A stretch of 55,508 bases of DNA, filler included, from Jimgerdemannia flammicorona (taxonomy: Eukaryota): NCBI GenBank assembly GCA_003990765.1. It is 2 parts of 2 records of this genome, joined end to end, with 100 filler letters (N's around TTAATTAATTAA, not from the genome) between each part and the next. Parts side by side here need not be neighbours in the genome. Positions count along the whole stretch, not along the records: positions 1 to 27,713 come from RBNJ01000612.1; 1 more part is not named here. One strand, written 5' to 3'. The notes beneath the pieces are model-generated. The model was not told where the DNA came from. It saw only the letters and a list, made by a program, of their open reading frames with translations, and made no database searches. Numbering within the stretch: position 1 is the stretch's first letter; each line of letters starts with the position of its first letter. Positions 1 to 13,291 of this stretch are shown here, one piece after another. The position numbers and the translations under genes are program-made.

Positions 1-295
1 CTTATAAGCAGGGAATTCGGACATTTTTAGGTTGATAGATAGCACCCATTCTACCTATCGTTTCCTGCATTGCATTCATTAGTTAGTTAGCATGCATTTC
101 TGCAGTTTGAGCGCATATCTCGTTGAGCGGGAGTGTTGAGATTTCTAGCTAATCAACTCGGTATGTAGCTCACGTGAAGGTGGCGCGGCTCACGTGTGAG
201 GACGTCATCAGTGAAAACGTCATCAACACGTAAATACGCGCTTCGCACATATCAATAAAGGTTGCTCCTTTATCCCTCAAATTCCAGTATTTCAC
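1..295 (+). repeat. Right end of a CpG-intact LTR-like sequence, truncated by the window edge
   Basis: CpG-rich (CACGTG x2, GACGTCA). TAAATA at 231 is followed about 23 nt later by AATAAA at 254, the same TATA-polyA spacing as the other LTRs here. Ends ...TTTCACA, then switches abruptly to decayed AT-rich DNA. Confidence 0.4.
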
Positions 296-2111
296 AACAT
301 ACTCAACAAAGAAGTTACCTATACTTAAGAATTCTTGAAGATTAATCAGTAGCTACTTCTATAAAAAAACATATAAGAGAATCTATTAAAGCTATAAGTG
401 AATATTTCCAAAACCTTCTCTCTAATAATTACTATTATAAAATCAAACCCTTCTAAAATGATAAGAGATATTATTCTAATTAAAGGAAATCTCATCTCTA
501 TTATTGAGTCTACTATATATAATAAAGATAATTTAATAGTAAGAATTACAAACTATCAGACCCAGAAAAGTCTCTATCATATCATCTTGATCTAGAAGAA
601 TAGTTAAAAAAAACCTAAACCTGATATCAGTAGTACTAGTACTACTATAGACCCACTACTAAGAATATCAAGTCTCTTGAAAATTACTATAGAAGACATA
701 GAGATAACTCTATCAAAATCACCAACCTATAAACTGGTCACTAAGTTCACCCATCTTAGTAATATTATAAAAGAAATAACTATATGGCATACTATCTCTA
801 AAATAATAGTATCTGAAGAAAGACTACTATTATCTTACTATATAAGTAATGAGAATAGTAGAATAATATCAGCAGATAAAAAGATAGTAGCTCTGGCTGA
901 CCAAATGGTCATGCTTACCCAAGTTCTTCATCTCAGTATCAAAACAAACAAACTTATAAAAGGCTTTCAACTTATACTATTTGATAGTAAAGCAAACTAT
1001 ATAACAATATTTATAAGATAAATTAATAATAATTATCATACTATAAGATAGAATAATAGTTGAAATCCAGACAGTTCCCAATAATAATAAGTACTATGAG
1101 ATTAAAGATCTCTATATAACTACAGACTTATAAGTAAAAAAAGTCACTATCTATTTCACAAACACAGTTATCCAGTAGTAGTACAATCTCTCAGTATATT
1201 CTCTCATCTGAGAAACATATGCTAAAATTGATGCAAGAGAAGGAGATAATGATTGTTTTAACTATAAAGTCTATTCAGCTACCATGAGTCTAAGAGAGCT
1301 GATTATTCAATAGTTCTGCTGCTCTATCTATACTACTAAAGCCAGAATCAAGCTCAAGAATCTCTAATTCTACAATGATGGAAAAGATAACCTGGGAGCA
1401 TTTGTAATAATATTAGAAACTCTTCTGAATATAATAGGAGTAGAATATAGCTAATAGAACATATATAGAACCAGAGTACTATATTTTTTCAATGTTATCT
1501 CTGAATAGTTATTAGAAAGATCTGAGAGCAAGAATTATCTTATAATTGTCCATATAAATGATAGTACTTAAGACAAGCTATTACTAGAGTATATACTATC
1601 TTAGTAACTCAAAGACTAAGAGAAAATAGAAATAACAATAAAGGAGATAAGAAATATCAATTTAAGAAGATATATAAATCTTATAATAGCTCTCTGAAAT
1701 TGCAAAAAGGATTCAAAAAATTATCTTACATATAAGAAAATAAAGGAACCTAAAAGAAAGAAGCATATTTTTACTATAAAAAAGAGAAAATATATATTTT
1801 ATAAATATTCTGACAAGAAGACCAATACAATATAACAGATGTCATCTTTCTTTAATACAATTTTGGGTTATACAATCTTCTGACAATAGTCTATTATCTA
1901 TGGACAGATAGTCAGACTGAGTATATTAATAGAACTCTCTAATAGATATTTTATCTTTTATTTCTATAAGTAGAATAACTGAGATAAGTATCTATTGTAT
2001 ATAGAATTTACTTATATTAAAATTCTTATTATTTATATCTTGATAATTTATACCTTATATAATTTATATATAACTATATTATCTTTAATTATATTACTAA
2101 TTCTAAAATAT
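296..2111 (+). mobile_element. Heavily decayed Gypsy-type remnant with gag-like and integrase fragments
   Basis: About 1365-1430 reads FYNDGKDNLGAFVIILETLL (gag N-terminal-like). About 1880-2015 reads TDSQTEYINRTL...DKYLLYIEFTY, a decayed version of the integrase motif HPQTDGQTERxNRTL...WDxxLxxxEFAY. Confidence 0.5.
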
Positions 2112-3475
2112 TATGATAAACCAAAATATACCACCCAAATTATATCTTAATCAGATGACGTGAACAATTAGGCAAGATGACATGAATACACAGTATAGTA
2201 ACCAGCAACCATTGCTGCAGAAAACTGTATAAATAGCCAGACATACCAGAAAGGGTCTGTTTACTCTGTACACCTGCCATAAGTAGCAGATCTATAGTTA
2301 GCCACATAGTAACCAGATAGCAACCAACTTATATAAATTACCCCAGAGACAAGAGTGAATAAACCTCAGTCCGAAAAGTCTGAAATTCAAAGCAAAAGAC
2401 AAGTCTACCTACCATACTTCGAGAGGAACTCTACAGCTACTGCTAGGAGATTGTGAGCTTATTTTCCCTTTCCACTCTGGTCCACTTTCCAATACAAAGA
2501 ATGAGTTTGTTTTTGGTTTGCTTGCCAGATAAGCCTGAAGATTTGCCATCTAAGTTCAAGGAGAACTTTGCTGCCTTTGAGTAATCTGCTGCTTAAGGAA
2601 TAAGCCACTATTTCCAAGTTATCCTCTGCCTTCCCAAGAAAGCCACCTTGCTCTAGCCAGTTTCTGATGCAACTTCGCAGTGAGCTAGTCTACGACGTAA
2701 CCCCACACAAATGAAGCTAGTCTTTGACATAACTTTGCCAAGAGACCCTTTTTCAAAGAATGCCACCAGTTGTTTATATCCCCAGAAGAGCCTGATCTGG
2801 AAGAACCTGCACTATCCAAGTTAATTCCCAGTTAAAGCCACCATTTTCAAGAAGCCCACTGATTCAGGAAAATCTATGTCATCTACCATTTTCAAGTTAT
2901 CTGCATTCCCAGAAGACCCACGCCATCTGAGTAGTATTCCCAGTTGAAGCTGAACCTGCAATATCCGAGTTATTCATTGTTCCCAGTGAACCCGTTACAG
3001 AAGAATCCATGCCATACAATTCTCAGTGAGCCAAATTGAGTTATCCACCAAATTATCAGAACATCCACATAAGGAACCTACTGCACTACATAGAGATTGT
3101 CATACAGAGATCATCACGCTACACAGAGATCATCACGCTACACAGAGATCATCATACCAAGACTGTCACTCAGAAATCACACACTTTTGGAAACCACTTG
3201 TGCTACACACAAATTCCACCATTCCCAGTTGACTCAAGAAGGAAACCCATTCACACACATACAAATCGCTACTATACCCAGAGAACTGTCCCAATTAGGA
3301 AATCGATATATAAATTGCTTGCAGATATCCAGTTTTGACTATTATACTGCTAAACACCATGGACCTCAGGAATCTTAGGACATTTTGTTGCTTTTTGATA
3401 AAGTAACAGGGGCTCAAGCCAAACTACATCAACCCCCAACCTTGTAATTTGCCTCCATTGAGCCAGCATGTTACA
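2112..3475 (+). repeat. E1 5' LTR (1364 bp)
   Basis: Starts TATGATAAACC (decayed TGTGATAAACC) and ends TGTTACA. Colinear with 10345-11471 plus about 235 extra bp at ~2602-2837. TATAAA at ~2332 and AATAAA at 2358. Confidence 0.95.
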
Positions 3476-3477
3476 TT

Positions 3478-3495
3478 TGGGGGCTCAACTGGGAA
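3478..3495 (+). promoter_or_regulatory. E1 primer binding site, tRNA-Pro type
   Basis: TGGGGGCTCAACTGGGAA directly after the LTR, matching the canonical tRNA-Pro PBS pattern TGGGGGCTC..CCGGGA. Confidence 0.8.
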
Positions 3496-3526
3496 GATTT
3501 CAAAATCGATATGACTTTTCAGCTCA

Positions 3527-5040
3527 TGAGAACCCACAGTCAAACTGGATACATTTGATACAACACCAACCTCTGCCACTACAGGAGAACCAATCATCAC
3601 TAGAATTTGGACAGGAAGAGAAGTAATCACCTCAAGACTTGCCAACTACCCAGCATCAGAAGGATCCCAACCAGAAGTAGGAGACAGTACAGCCCGAAAT
3701 CCCCAATCAGATCAACCAGACCAACCAGATCAACCAGATCAACCAGATCAACTAGACAATACAGGCAGCCCTGCTAGAGATTTTGGAGAACTCAAACAAG
3801 AACTAGAAGACCTTATCACATGGATCCAATACTTTATAGCCAGATACCCCACACCAGTTCCACCAATCTCACTAATAGAACCCCTACCACAACCCCTTGG
3901 AACCAGAAGTAGCTTCTACAAGAATACCTAGGCCTATTCCATCCTACCTAAGGACCAGAACACCATCTTCAAGATATCCAAGCACCCCTATCTCTAGTGA
4001 TAGTTCAGAAAGTGAATCAGAATCAGAATCCGATCTTGAACCAGAATTAGAAGAAAGTGACAATGAAATGGCCACCTCATTGCCAACCTTTGCAGGATAT
4101 CCAAAGGAAGATCCCATAGAATTCCTTGATGGAATTGAAGGAATTGCAGCCTTGAGAAACCTCTCAGATGAAAGAAAAATTGCCATCTACAAAGCTCAGC
4201 TCAGAGAACCAGCCAGAGGAATTTTCCATCAGACATCAAACAACCAAGATTCAGAACTAGCAAGACAGATACAAGCAGCAATATCTGATGAGCTAGAATA
4301 TGAAGCTATGGTCCACTGGCTTATTGAAAAATATGCAGGAAATGAAACCTACCACAAGGCTCAGGAATCCATCATGGGAATGTAGATGAATCTTGGAGAA
4401 TCACCCAGAGTCTTCTTCACCAGAATCCAGAAGAGAATACATTCTGCCAGATTCAATGCCACCAACCAAGACATCATAGGTCCAATGACCTTCATGAATG
4501 GAATTCCCCCAAATATTGCCCAGCATGTTCACACCCTAGACATCAGAAGGTCTGAAGAGCAAGTAGATACAGCCCAAGAATTCTTTGATGTTAGGCAAGG
4601 AACTACCTGGAGTGATCATGATAAGAAGAAAGATAAAGAAGATATCTTGGTCAAAGCCCTGCAAGGACTCCTTCAAGGACAAGAAAGATCTGAAGAAAGA
4701 AGGTCAGCCAAGGAAGGAAAGAAGGACAGAAGCAAAATTCAAGACCTCAGCTCCAAGTTAGACTGATTGGTTGGACAGATTGAAAAACTCACCACACATG
4801 AAAATCAGGACTATCAAAATAACAGAAGGTACCCACCACAGAGGAGCCAAGGTTATCCACCAAGAGATAACAGGAATTACCAGTAAGAAGAAAGAAGGTA
4901 CCCTGTCTGAGACAGAGCCCAAGTCCAATGCTTCCACTATGGACAATTCGGACACTATGCCACCAAATGTGACAACAAAAGAAGTGACTGAAGGGACTCA
5001 GAACCACCAAACCAAAGGAATGACACTCAGTACAAGAAGA
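3527..5040 (+). pseudogene. gag: E1 gag (capsid plus CCHC knuckle), interrupted by stops
   Basis: LPTFAGYPKEDPIEFLDGIE capsid motif and GESPRVFFTRIQK. Knuckle CFHYGQFGHYATKC at ~4928-4969. PDQ 9-bp tandem repeat at ~3706-3757. Start position is approximate. Confidence 0.85.
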
Positions 5041-5049
5041 CTGAAGCCC

Positions 5050-5190
5050 ACTGTTGTCACTGAAGCTGTTACCTATAACATGATTCTTGGCACCAACTGG
5101 ATGAAGGAAATGAATATAATTGTTGACATTGGCCAACAAGTACTCAAGTTTAACTACCAAGGCAAGAAGTACAGAGTTAAGGTGACTAGC
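5050..5190 (+). pseudogene. E1 C-terminal half of aspartic protease; catalytic D-T/S-G segment deleted
   Basis: VVTEAVTYNMILGTNWMKEMNIIVDIGQQVLKF matches the IIVTNATNYDILIGNQW segment of the E2/E4 proteases. No DTG/DSG motif upstream. Confidence 0.75.
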
Positions 5191-6489
5191 TATGAGCAAT
5201 CGAAGAAGAAGAAAAAGGTCACAATTCAGGAAGAATATGCCAGCAGCAAAGAGTCTACTACAGAAGAAGAAGAAGAATCTGAAGATGGAAATGATCCCAG
5301 ACTCAATCCCCGAATCAATCTGGTAGATGACAGACTGGAAGATAATGTGTGGGCCAAGAATACTATTCCTATCACTATTGGAGCCATTGCAGGAGAAGCC
5401 AAAGGATGCCCTACATGCCTCAAGAGACACAAGTGTCCCGAGCACTCCTCCAAGATCATGGGAACAAGGAAATTACCTGGCACAGCCTGCCCAGAGTACA
5501 GAAGGAAGAAGAAGAAATGCAGACATATTCCAGAAACACCTGCAACCAAAGCTGCAGAAGTACAAGCAATTTGGGGTCAAGAATCTTCTGAGGAAGAAGA
5601 AACTTCTGATCAAGAAGTTCCTGAACAAAGAAGTACCTGATGAAGAAGAGATCCCTGAACTCATTCTCTGGGATGACCCTCGCTGGACACCACCTGAAGA
5701 CAATGACCCTTGGAACACAGAAGAAGGACCCAGTATAATAACCATTATTCCCAAGAAAGAAACTCACCAAGAGAAAGCTTTTCGGCTAGGAAGATGTCCA
5801 CACCAAATGATCTTCTACTCTCCCCGAGACTACTGCTATCAATGTCATCTGTTGGACCAACAAGAAAGATAGAGACCCCAGAGACCAGAACCTCCAACTA
5901 CACTTGCACAGTCAACCACTTTTCAAGAAGTTACCACAAGGTTACAAAGTCGATTTAGAGGACAAGGCTTCTTCACCCAGATAGAAATATATCCCTTGTC
6001 TACTTTTCCACCCACCTATGACCAAGATGGGTACCAATTCTCAAGACAATAAGAGATAAATAACCAAGAACATCATTTTCAAGCAATGGGATATTGCAAC
6101 CATGGGAGATACTCTGATTGCCAAGACTGCAGACATCAGAAGATTCACCTCAGTCATGATGTTGCAGTGCACACCTTGAAGAAAGAAGATAACCGAAGCC
6201 AGATCTGAAAAAGCCAGATTCGAAAAAGCCAGACCAAGAAACCTGGAAAAAGAATTCTCAAGATCTATGATTTGAGAGAAGACATCCTAGCTCTCATCAG
6301 ACATACAACCCACCAAGGATGGGCAGAAGATGCCACCAACTTCATGGAAGCCCTTGACCCTACAGGAAGGAGGGAAATCAACTATCTCCAAGACCCCTCT
6401 ACTGGAGCCAGATGGCCACACCTCAATCTTAGAGCTTGGAGGCTTTCTGCTAGTAGAGCTTCAGCCTTAGGAAAGCCCAAACTCAGCAA

Positions 6490-6905
6490 GGATATTGCCC
6501 AGTATGCCCTGCTGCACCCCAAGGCCAAACCCCTGACCAAAGCCCACCTTGAGGATGTAGGATATGATCTTCACAGCCTGGAGGATGAATCTATCAAGCC
6601 TGGAAAAACCTTTATGATCAGAACTGGATTAGTCATGCAGCCACCCCAAGGAGCTTATATTCAACTGACCCCAAGGTCCAGACATTCCAGACAAGGGATA
6701 ACTGTAGAAGGAGGAACCATTGACCTAGGATATTCAGGCGAAATAAAGGTTATCTTATACAATAGCAGTGCAGAATGGCACCAAATCATTAGAGGACAGA
6801 AGATTGTCCAAGCAGTCTTCATGAAGGTCAAGACTCCACAGTTACAGGAAGTCTCTGAACTAACTGAAGGAATAAGACAAGCCAAGGAATTTGGAAGCTC
6901 AGACA
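6490..6905 (+). pseudogene. dut: E1 trimeric dUTPase domain, between PR and RT
   Basis: Motifs VGYDL, PRSR, GGTIDLGYSGEI, KIVQAV and RQAKEFGSSD correspond to dUTPase motifs I-V with decay. Confidence 0.92.
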
Positions 6906-7399
6906 GGAAGGAGGTGCATCTCCTTCAAGTCAACCACCTCAAGAGGAATGTTCCCCAGCAAGTGTACTGGCAACCAGTTAGACTGCACAAGAATCTCATT
7001 CTGGAGCCTGGAGAACAAACTACCTTCGAAATCTTTGCACCACCTGACCCCAGAAATCTTTTCTTTGAACCCAAGGAAGATATCCCACATCTGGACATAG
7101 AGGGATACACATTCCCTGACAAAATGAACCCAGTACACTCTCAAGCAACCAACCAAAGTTGGGAGACCATCATCTTGCTGAAAGGAACAATCATAGGACA
7201 TCTGGTGCCTTTTCTCAATCGAACTCATAGGGAAGTTTATGAACTAAACCTATCGGGAAACAGTAAAAGGTCCCAGAAGAAAGGAAAGGCCCCTCTGCGA
7301 CCCAGGAGACAGTGAAGCCTTCCACCAACATTGGAGAAGAATTGACACCTCAACAATAACAACAACAACTTGTAGAACTTCTCAACAAATATCAAGATA

Positions 7400-8730
7400 T
7401 CTTCACCACCAATTATGGCAATTTACCATACAACTCATTATATTAACACAGCATAAATACAGGAAGTGCAACACCCATCCAGCAAAAACCCTATAGAATA
7501 TCCCATCACTTGAAAACATTTGAAAAAGAGCACATTCAAGAACTCTTAGACAATGGAGTCATCCAACCCTCTACTAGCCCCTGGGCTAGCCCTATACTTA
7601 TTGTACCAAAGAAAGGAGGATGGAGACTTTGTGTGGATTACAGGAAACTCAATTCAGTCACCAAAAAGGATGCCTATCCTCTGCCCAGAATCGATGACCT
7701 TTTGGACCAGTTATAAGATGCCAGATATTTCAGCAGTATAGACCTCTTTGCAGGATTCCATGAGATCCCCATGGACCCCAAAGACATTCAAAAGACAGCC
7801 TTCCTTGCTCTAGGAAAACTGTTTGTATACCTCTGAATGCCCTTTGAACTCTGCAATGCACCCCCCACCTTTCAGAGGATGATGAATTCAGTCTATGCCC
7901 CCTTGATCCATCACTGCCTAATTGTATACATGGATGATTCCAATATTTATTCAGCAAATTTCAAGGAACACCTGCACCACCTAGAGGAATTCTTCAAGCT
8001 CACCCACAAGAATCACTTGAGATTGAATGCAAAGAAATGCTACTTTGGAAAACAGAAACTTGAATTTCTGGGATTCATGGTTTCAAAAGAAGGAACTCAT
8101 GCAGACCCAAATAAAACTGAGAAGATCAACAATTGGCCAGTACCCAAGACTCCAAAAGAAATATTATCATTCCTGATGCTAGTATCCTACTACAGAAGGT
8201 TTATCAAAGATTTTGCCCAAATCGCTGCCCCAATCTGGATCCTTCTCAAGAAAGGAATACCATTCAAATGGACAGAATCACAGGAAAATGCCTTCAGAGA
8301 ACTCAAGAACTGCATGACTACAGCACTAATCCTTGTGCACCCCAATCTACAGAAGCCATTCATCTTTTATACAGATGCTTCCAAAGATGGCCTAGGAGCA
8401 GTTCTAGTCTAAGAAGGACCCAACCAATAGTACCATGTGATAGCTTATGTAAGCAGAGCTACCAATCAGCAGCAGATGAACTATGGTAGCACCAAACTGG
8501 AATGTCTTGCAGTCATATGGGCAGTTACTCTGTTCAAGCATTACCTCATTAGAAAAAGGTTCACCCTGATCACAGACCATGCAGCCCTCAAATAGCTATT
8601 CAACTACAAGGAATCTGCTGGAATCCTAGCCCACTGGATCCTTATCCTTCAGGATTACAAAATCACCATTATTCACAAAGCAGGGAAAGCCTATAACAAT
8701 GTTGATATACTTTCCTGCTAGCTCCAATGA
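7400..8730 (+). pseudogene. pol: E1 reverse transcriptase and RNase H
   Basis: [74 protein letters not shown]. Confidence 0.95.
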
Positions 8731-9794
8731 ATCAGAAGAAGGGTTTCCTGAGGAACCACACTCTGAAGGAAGCTCCTCAGACCATCAAGGAACAAGAAAA
8801 TCTCATCCAACAAGTATATCAGAAAGCCCACTAAGGACAGACATGCAAAGAAGATAAGATTCGAAAACAACATCAACATTGGCCCCACCTCAGAACCCAA
8901 GTCCAAGACATCATTCAGAAATGTAACATCTGCCAGAAGTATCAAGAAAAGAAGAACTATCAAGCCCCTCTGCAACCGATTCCCCCACCCACTCACATCT
9001 TTCAAAGATGGGGAGTAGATGTAATTGGACCTCTACCAGTTACACCAAGAAGAAACAAATACATTCTTGTATTTGTGGAACATCTGAGCAAGTGGCCTGA
9101 GGCATTTCCAATGGATATCACAGATGCCTTAACTATTGTAGGCCTCCTCCATAGACTCACACTCAGATATGGACCCCCAGAAGAACTCATCTCTGACTGA
9201 GGCATAGAATTCATCAACAACATAATCATAAGTTATGCCCGAATTCACAAGATCCACCTCAAAAGGACCACATCATACCACCCCCAGACCAATGGCATGA
9301 TAGAGAGAATGAACTAGACCATTAAGAAAGAACTTGCCCGAGTCAATCCTACTAATTGGGACCTCTGCTTACCTGAGATCCTATGGGAAATTCGGAACAC
9401 CCCTGCTGTATCCACCAAACAAAAGCCATTTGAAATGATGTTTGCCAAGAGAACCAGAACTGCTGACCATGAGAATCTCAGAGACCTCCTCAAGAAGGCA
9501 GAACAGTTATATAATCAAGCCCAAGGACAGATTATCAAAGCCCAGGAAAGACAAAAGAAGTACTATAACCAAAAACAGACAGATCAGGAGATCAAGATTG
9601 GAGATCAAGTCCTAGTTTAGAGAAGCATGATTGAGACAAACTTTGCTGCCAAACTAGAACTGAAAAGGAAAGGACCTTATCTTGTACATAACATCAGAGG
9701 AACCAGTATCTATTTAAGAAGCATAGATGGATGAACCCTGAGAACACCAGTACACATCAATCACCTCAAGCTATATTTCCCCTCTACACTATGA
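8727..9794 (+). pseudogene. int: E1 integrase, separate ORF with its own ATG
   Basis: ATG at 8727 overlaps the RH-frame TGA (ATGA). HHCC (AH...CNIC), DVIGPLP, YHPQTNGMIERMN, KGPYLV. Stop at 9792-9794. Confidence 0.88.
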
Positions 9795-10305
9795 GCCAAA
9801 GGATTGATCAGTGCCTCCAGACATTGGTCCTCAGCTCCTTCTAAGCTCTATCAGTCCCTCTACCCCAATTTAGCCAAGTCAATGGAAGTCCCCTTCAAAG
9901 GATCCAATTCACCAGAAAAATCTTACCTTGGCCAGATGCCTACTACAAGTCTACCAACTGCAGGTCTATTATACAATCAGTGAACAATTGCAGAACCTCC
10001 CAGCCCCAGAACAGACCTACATCAGGAACACCACAGGTCTGACCAGAAGAGATACTACTGCTGCAGACAGACTATATACTATTTATAAATGAAATGTCAC
10101 AGCCCTGACACAGGCACAATTCTCCCTGAATAATATTTAAGGAATGAACTCTGTTACCTATTTGAGTATCATCAACTCTGTCAAAATCCTATTCTCTAAA
10201 GAAGAAGAAGAGCCCATAGAATGGAGTGACCCCAGTACAGATAATGAAGATGATGGAATAGGTATAGATACAGAAGCAGCCTATGCTTATTGGAATGATG
10301 ACTAA
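9791..10305 (+). pseudogene. E1 accessory ORF3, unknown function; one frameshift and internal stops
   Basis: ATG overlaps the integrase TGA. Manual translation gives ...LQVYYTISEQL...TAADRLYTIYK*NVTAL... plus an acidic tail EEEEPIEWSDPSTDNEDDG, similar in pattern to ORF3 of E2 and E4. Confidence 0.6.
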
Positions 10306-10344
10306 AGAATAGTCTGGGACAGACTACCCTTCAGTGGGGGCTGA

Positions 10345-11471
10345 TGTGATAAACCAAAACATACCACTCAAATTATATCTTAACTGGATGACACAAATAA
10401 TTAGGCAAGATAATATGAACATACAGCATAGTAACCAGCAACCATTGCTGTGGAAAACTGTATAAATAGTCAGACATACCAGAAAGGGTCTGTTTACCTG
10501 TACAGACTCTGTACACCTGCCATAAGTAGCAGATCTATAGTTAGCCACATAGTAACCAGATATGTAGCAACCAACTTGTATAAATTACCCCAGAGACAAG
10601 AGTGAATAAATCTCAGTCCGAAAAGTCTGAAATTCAAAGCAAAAGACAAGTCTGCCTACTATACTTCGAGAGGAACTTTACAACCACTGCTAGGAGATTG
10701 TGAGCTTATTTCCCCTTTCCACTCTGATCTACTTTCTGATATAAAGAACAAGTTTGTTTTTGGTTCACTTGTCAGATAAGCCTGAAGATTTGCCACCTAA
10801 GTTCAAGGAGAACTTTGCCACCTTTGAGTAACTCGCCACTTAAGGAATAAGCTGCCATTTTCAAGAAGCCCACTAATTCAGGAGAATCTGTATCATCTGC
10901 TGTTTACAAGTTATCCACATTCCCAGAAGACTCATGCCATCTGAGTAGTATTCTCAGTTGAAGTTGAACCTGTGATATCCAAGTTATTTATTATTTCCAG
11001 TGAACCTGTTGCAGAAGAATCCATGCCATACAATTCCCAGTGAGCCAAATTGAGTTATCCGCCAAATTATCAGAACATCCACATAAGGAATCTGCCATAC
11101 TACACAGAGATTGTCACACAGAGATCATCATGCTATACAGAGATCATTGTACCAAGACCATCACTCAGAAATCACACACTTTTGGAAACCACTCATGCTA
11201 TACACAAATTCTGCCATTCCCAGTTGACCCAAGAAGGAAACCTGTTCACACATATACAAATCACTGCTATGCCCAGAGAACCATCCCAATTAGGAAATTG
11301 ATATACAAATTGCTTCCAGATATCTAGTTTTGACTATTATACTGCTAAACACCAAGGACCTCAGAAATCTTAGGACATTTTATTGCTTTTTGACAAAGTA
11401 ACTAAGGGCTCAAGCCAAACTACATCAACCCCCAACCTTGTAATTTGCCTCCATTGAGCCAGTACATTATA
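10345..11471 (+). repeat. E1 3' LTR (1127 bp)
   Basis: TGTGATAAACC...CATTATA, preceded by the PPT and followed by TSD ATAT. Confidence 0.95.
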
Positions 11472-13291
11472 ATATAAATATATAGTATCTGAAGTAATAA
11501 ACAGAACTCTTCTTTTTTCTTTCTCACTTATTTATAATAAAGATTATAAGCTCTACTAGTACTTAATAGCTAAGAAATATCTCTCTAATACTATATATTA
11601 TTCTATAATAAGATATTACAAAAGATCAATCAAGAAGCCAGTATAAGTATGCTAAGTACATATGTCAAATACAGCCACTAATATAGGTACTATAATGAGA
11701 AATATAGTTTTTACTATTATAAGTATAGCTAAGAGTTTTATCTCAATTTTCAATAGAAAAGAATATATTATTTAAGTATTCTATATAATAAATCTCCTTG
11801 ACAAATATGACTTAGTAGAGTATATAAAACTACAAGTACAAATTTAAGATTATAAACTATAAATAATTACTAAGTATTATATAAGATTATATTTACATTA
11901 GCAAATTTCTAAATAAAATTTATAATATACATTATAATAGCCTACAAGACATGAGAAGCTTTATATAATTATTATATATAAGTATCTATATAGAATTAAT
12001 TTCTCTGAAATCTCACTTATTTAATCTATAAATAAAGTCTAATAATAAAAAGAGTATCTATGAGTATACTAATTATATTGATAATCTGATAAATCAAGTA
12101 AATTCTCTCAGCATATCTATAGATTATATAGGAGATAAAGATAAGGTTTTATTACTTATAAGAGTTCTCTTAGAAGTATATAATATTGTCATTATAATCA
12201 TATTTAAGAATAGCAAGCTTACAGATTATACTTACATAATAATAAGCCTTATCAATGAAAGAATATTCTACCAATACTACAGATATAGTAAGAAATGTCA
12301 ATAAGAATAAAATTATAATTATTATTACTATAATAATATAGATATATATAAAATAATTGCTATTATATATATATAAGAAAAGAGAAGATAAAAATGAGTA
12401 TAGAAAGACTAGCATAGATATAATAAAGAGAAGTATGATAATATAAATATTCCTGAAACTAATAACAATATTGTGGTATATTCTTTATATAAGAAATATA
12501 TATAGATGATAGTTTTACTATCAAATCTACCAATCTACTATCTACTACTAGCTCTATCAGTTCTGTAAGTATGAGATCTACAAGCAGTTCTACCACTAAC
12601 CTAATATCTATAACCAGCTGGCAAAACACTTTTGGGATAATGAAAAGTAGTAATATTAATCTTACACCTACTGAATATACTAATACAGCTAATGATAATA
12701 ATGTCTGGCTTATAACTTCAGGAGTTATATAGTATATGACAGCATATAGGATATAGTTCTCTATATATGAGTCTTTCAAATATCCTATACCTATTAAACT
12801 AGGTAATAATAATATAACATATTCTTAAGAAAAAGGAAATGTAGAGATATATCTCTATAGAAATATTGTAGAGTCTGCTGGTATCTTTCTAGATATACTA
12901 TATACTCTGAAGATAGATAATAATCTTTTATCTATAGGAAAGATAATGATCTATAGTAATAAAGAAATATATATATTTAAATAGTATAATGGTCTATGAC
13001 TTAAATAATAATAAGTTGATAAGAACCTCAAAATGAGATAATATTTATATAATCAATAGTATACCAAATAGTACAGTAAATATCTCTTCATATATAACAA
13101 CTATACCTGATATATCTAATATATAATATTAATACTTAGGATAAGCCAGAAAAGAATAATTAGGAACAGATCTATAAAAGAATTATTAGAAATATATTCT
13201 GAGAGATTGTATAGGGGATAAAGCATTCTGGTAAATATTTGATAAATGATTAAAGTATACCTCTGGGATTCTAGATCTTATATATATATAT

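Larger units (their letters stand above)
2112..11471 (+). mobile_element. E1: full-length decayed Ty3/Gypsy LTR retrotransposon with dUTPase, separate integrase ORF and ORF3
   Basis: Paired LTRs 2112-3475 and 10345-11471, 4-bp TSD ATAT (2108-2111 / 11472-11475), PBS at 3478, PPT AGTGGGGG at 10333. Domain order gag-PR(partial)-dUTPase-RT-RH-IN. Confidence 0.95.

Noticed and set aside
3104..3160. Tandem CAGAGATCATCACGCTACA repeats as a CRISPR-like array
   Set aside because: Head-to-tail minisatellite without spacers, inside a eukaryotic LTR.
3026..3378. Overlapping ORFs in the E1 LTRs (also 11040-11327) as a second LTR gene
   Set aside because: Short, non-ATG starts in several frames over tandem repeats, with a frame-changing indel between the two LTRs.
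4789..5770. Long antisense ORFs over gag/pol, likewise 46885-48216 and 53311-54305
   Set aside because: Shadow frames opposite real TE coding strands.
6410..6450. PHLNLRAWRLS, resembling the C-terminal motif of DIRS Pol
   Set aside because: Isolated short match with no tyrosine recombinase or other DIRS context.
11476..13291. AT-rich ORFs (12170-12415, 12459-12779) and similar I/L/Y-rich ORFs at 398-1021 and 40680-40871
   Set aside because: Compositional artefacts of hypermutated DNA; no domain could be recognised reliably.
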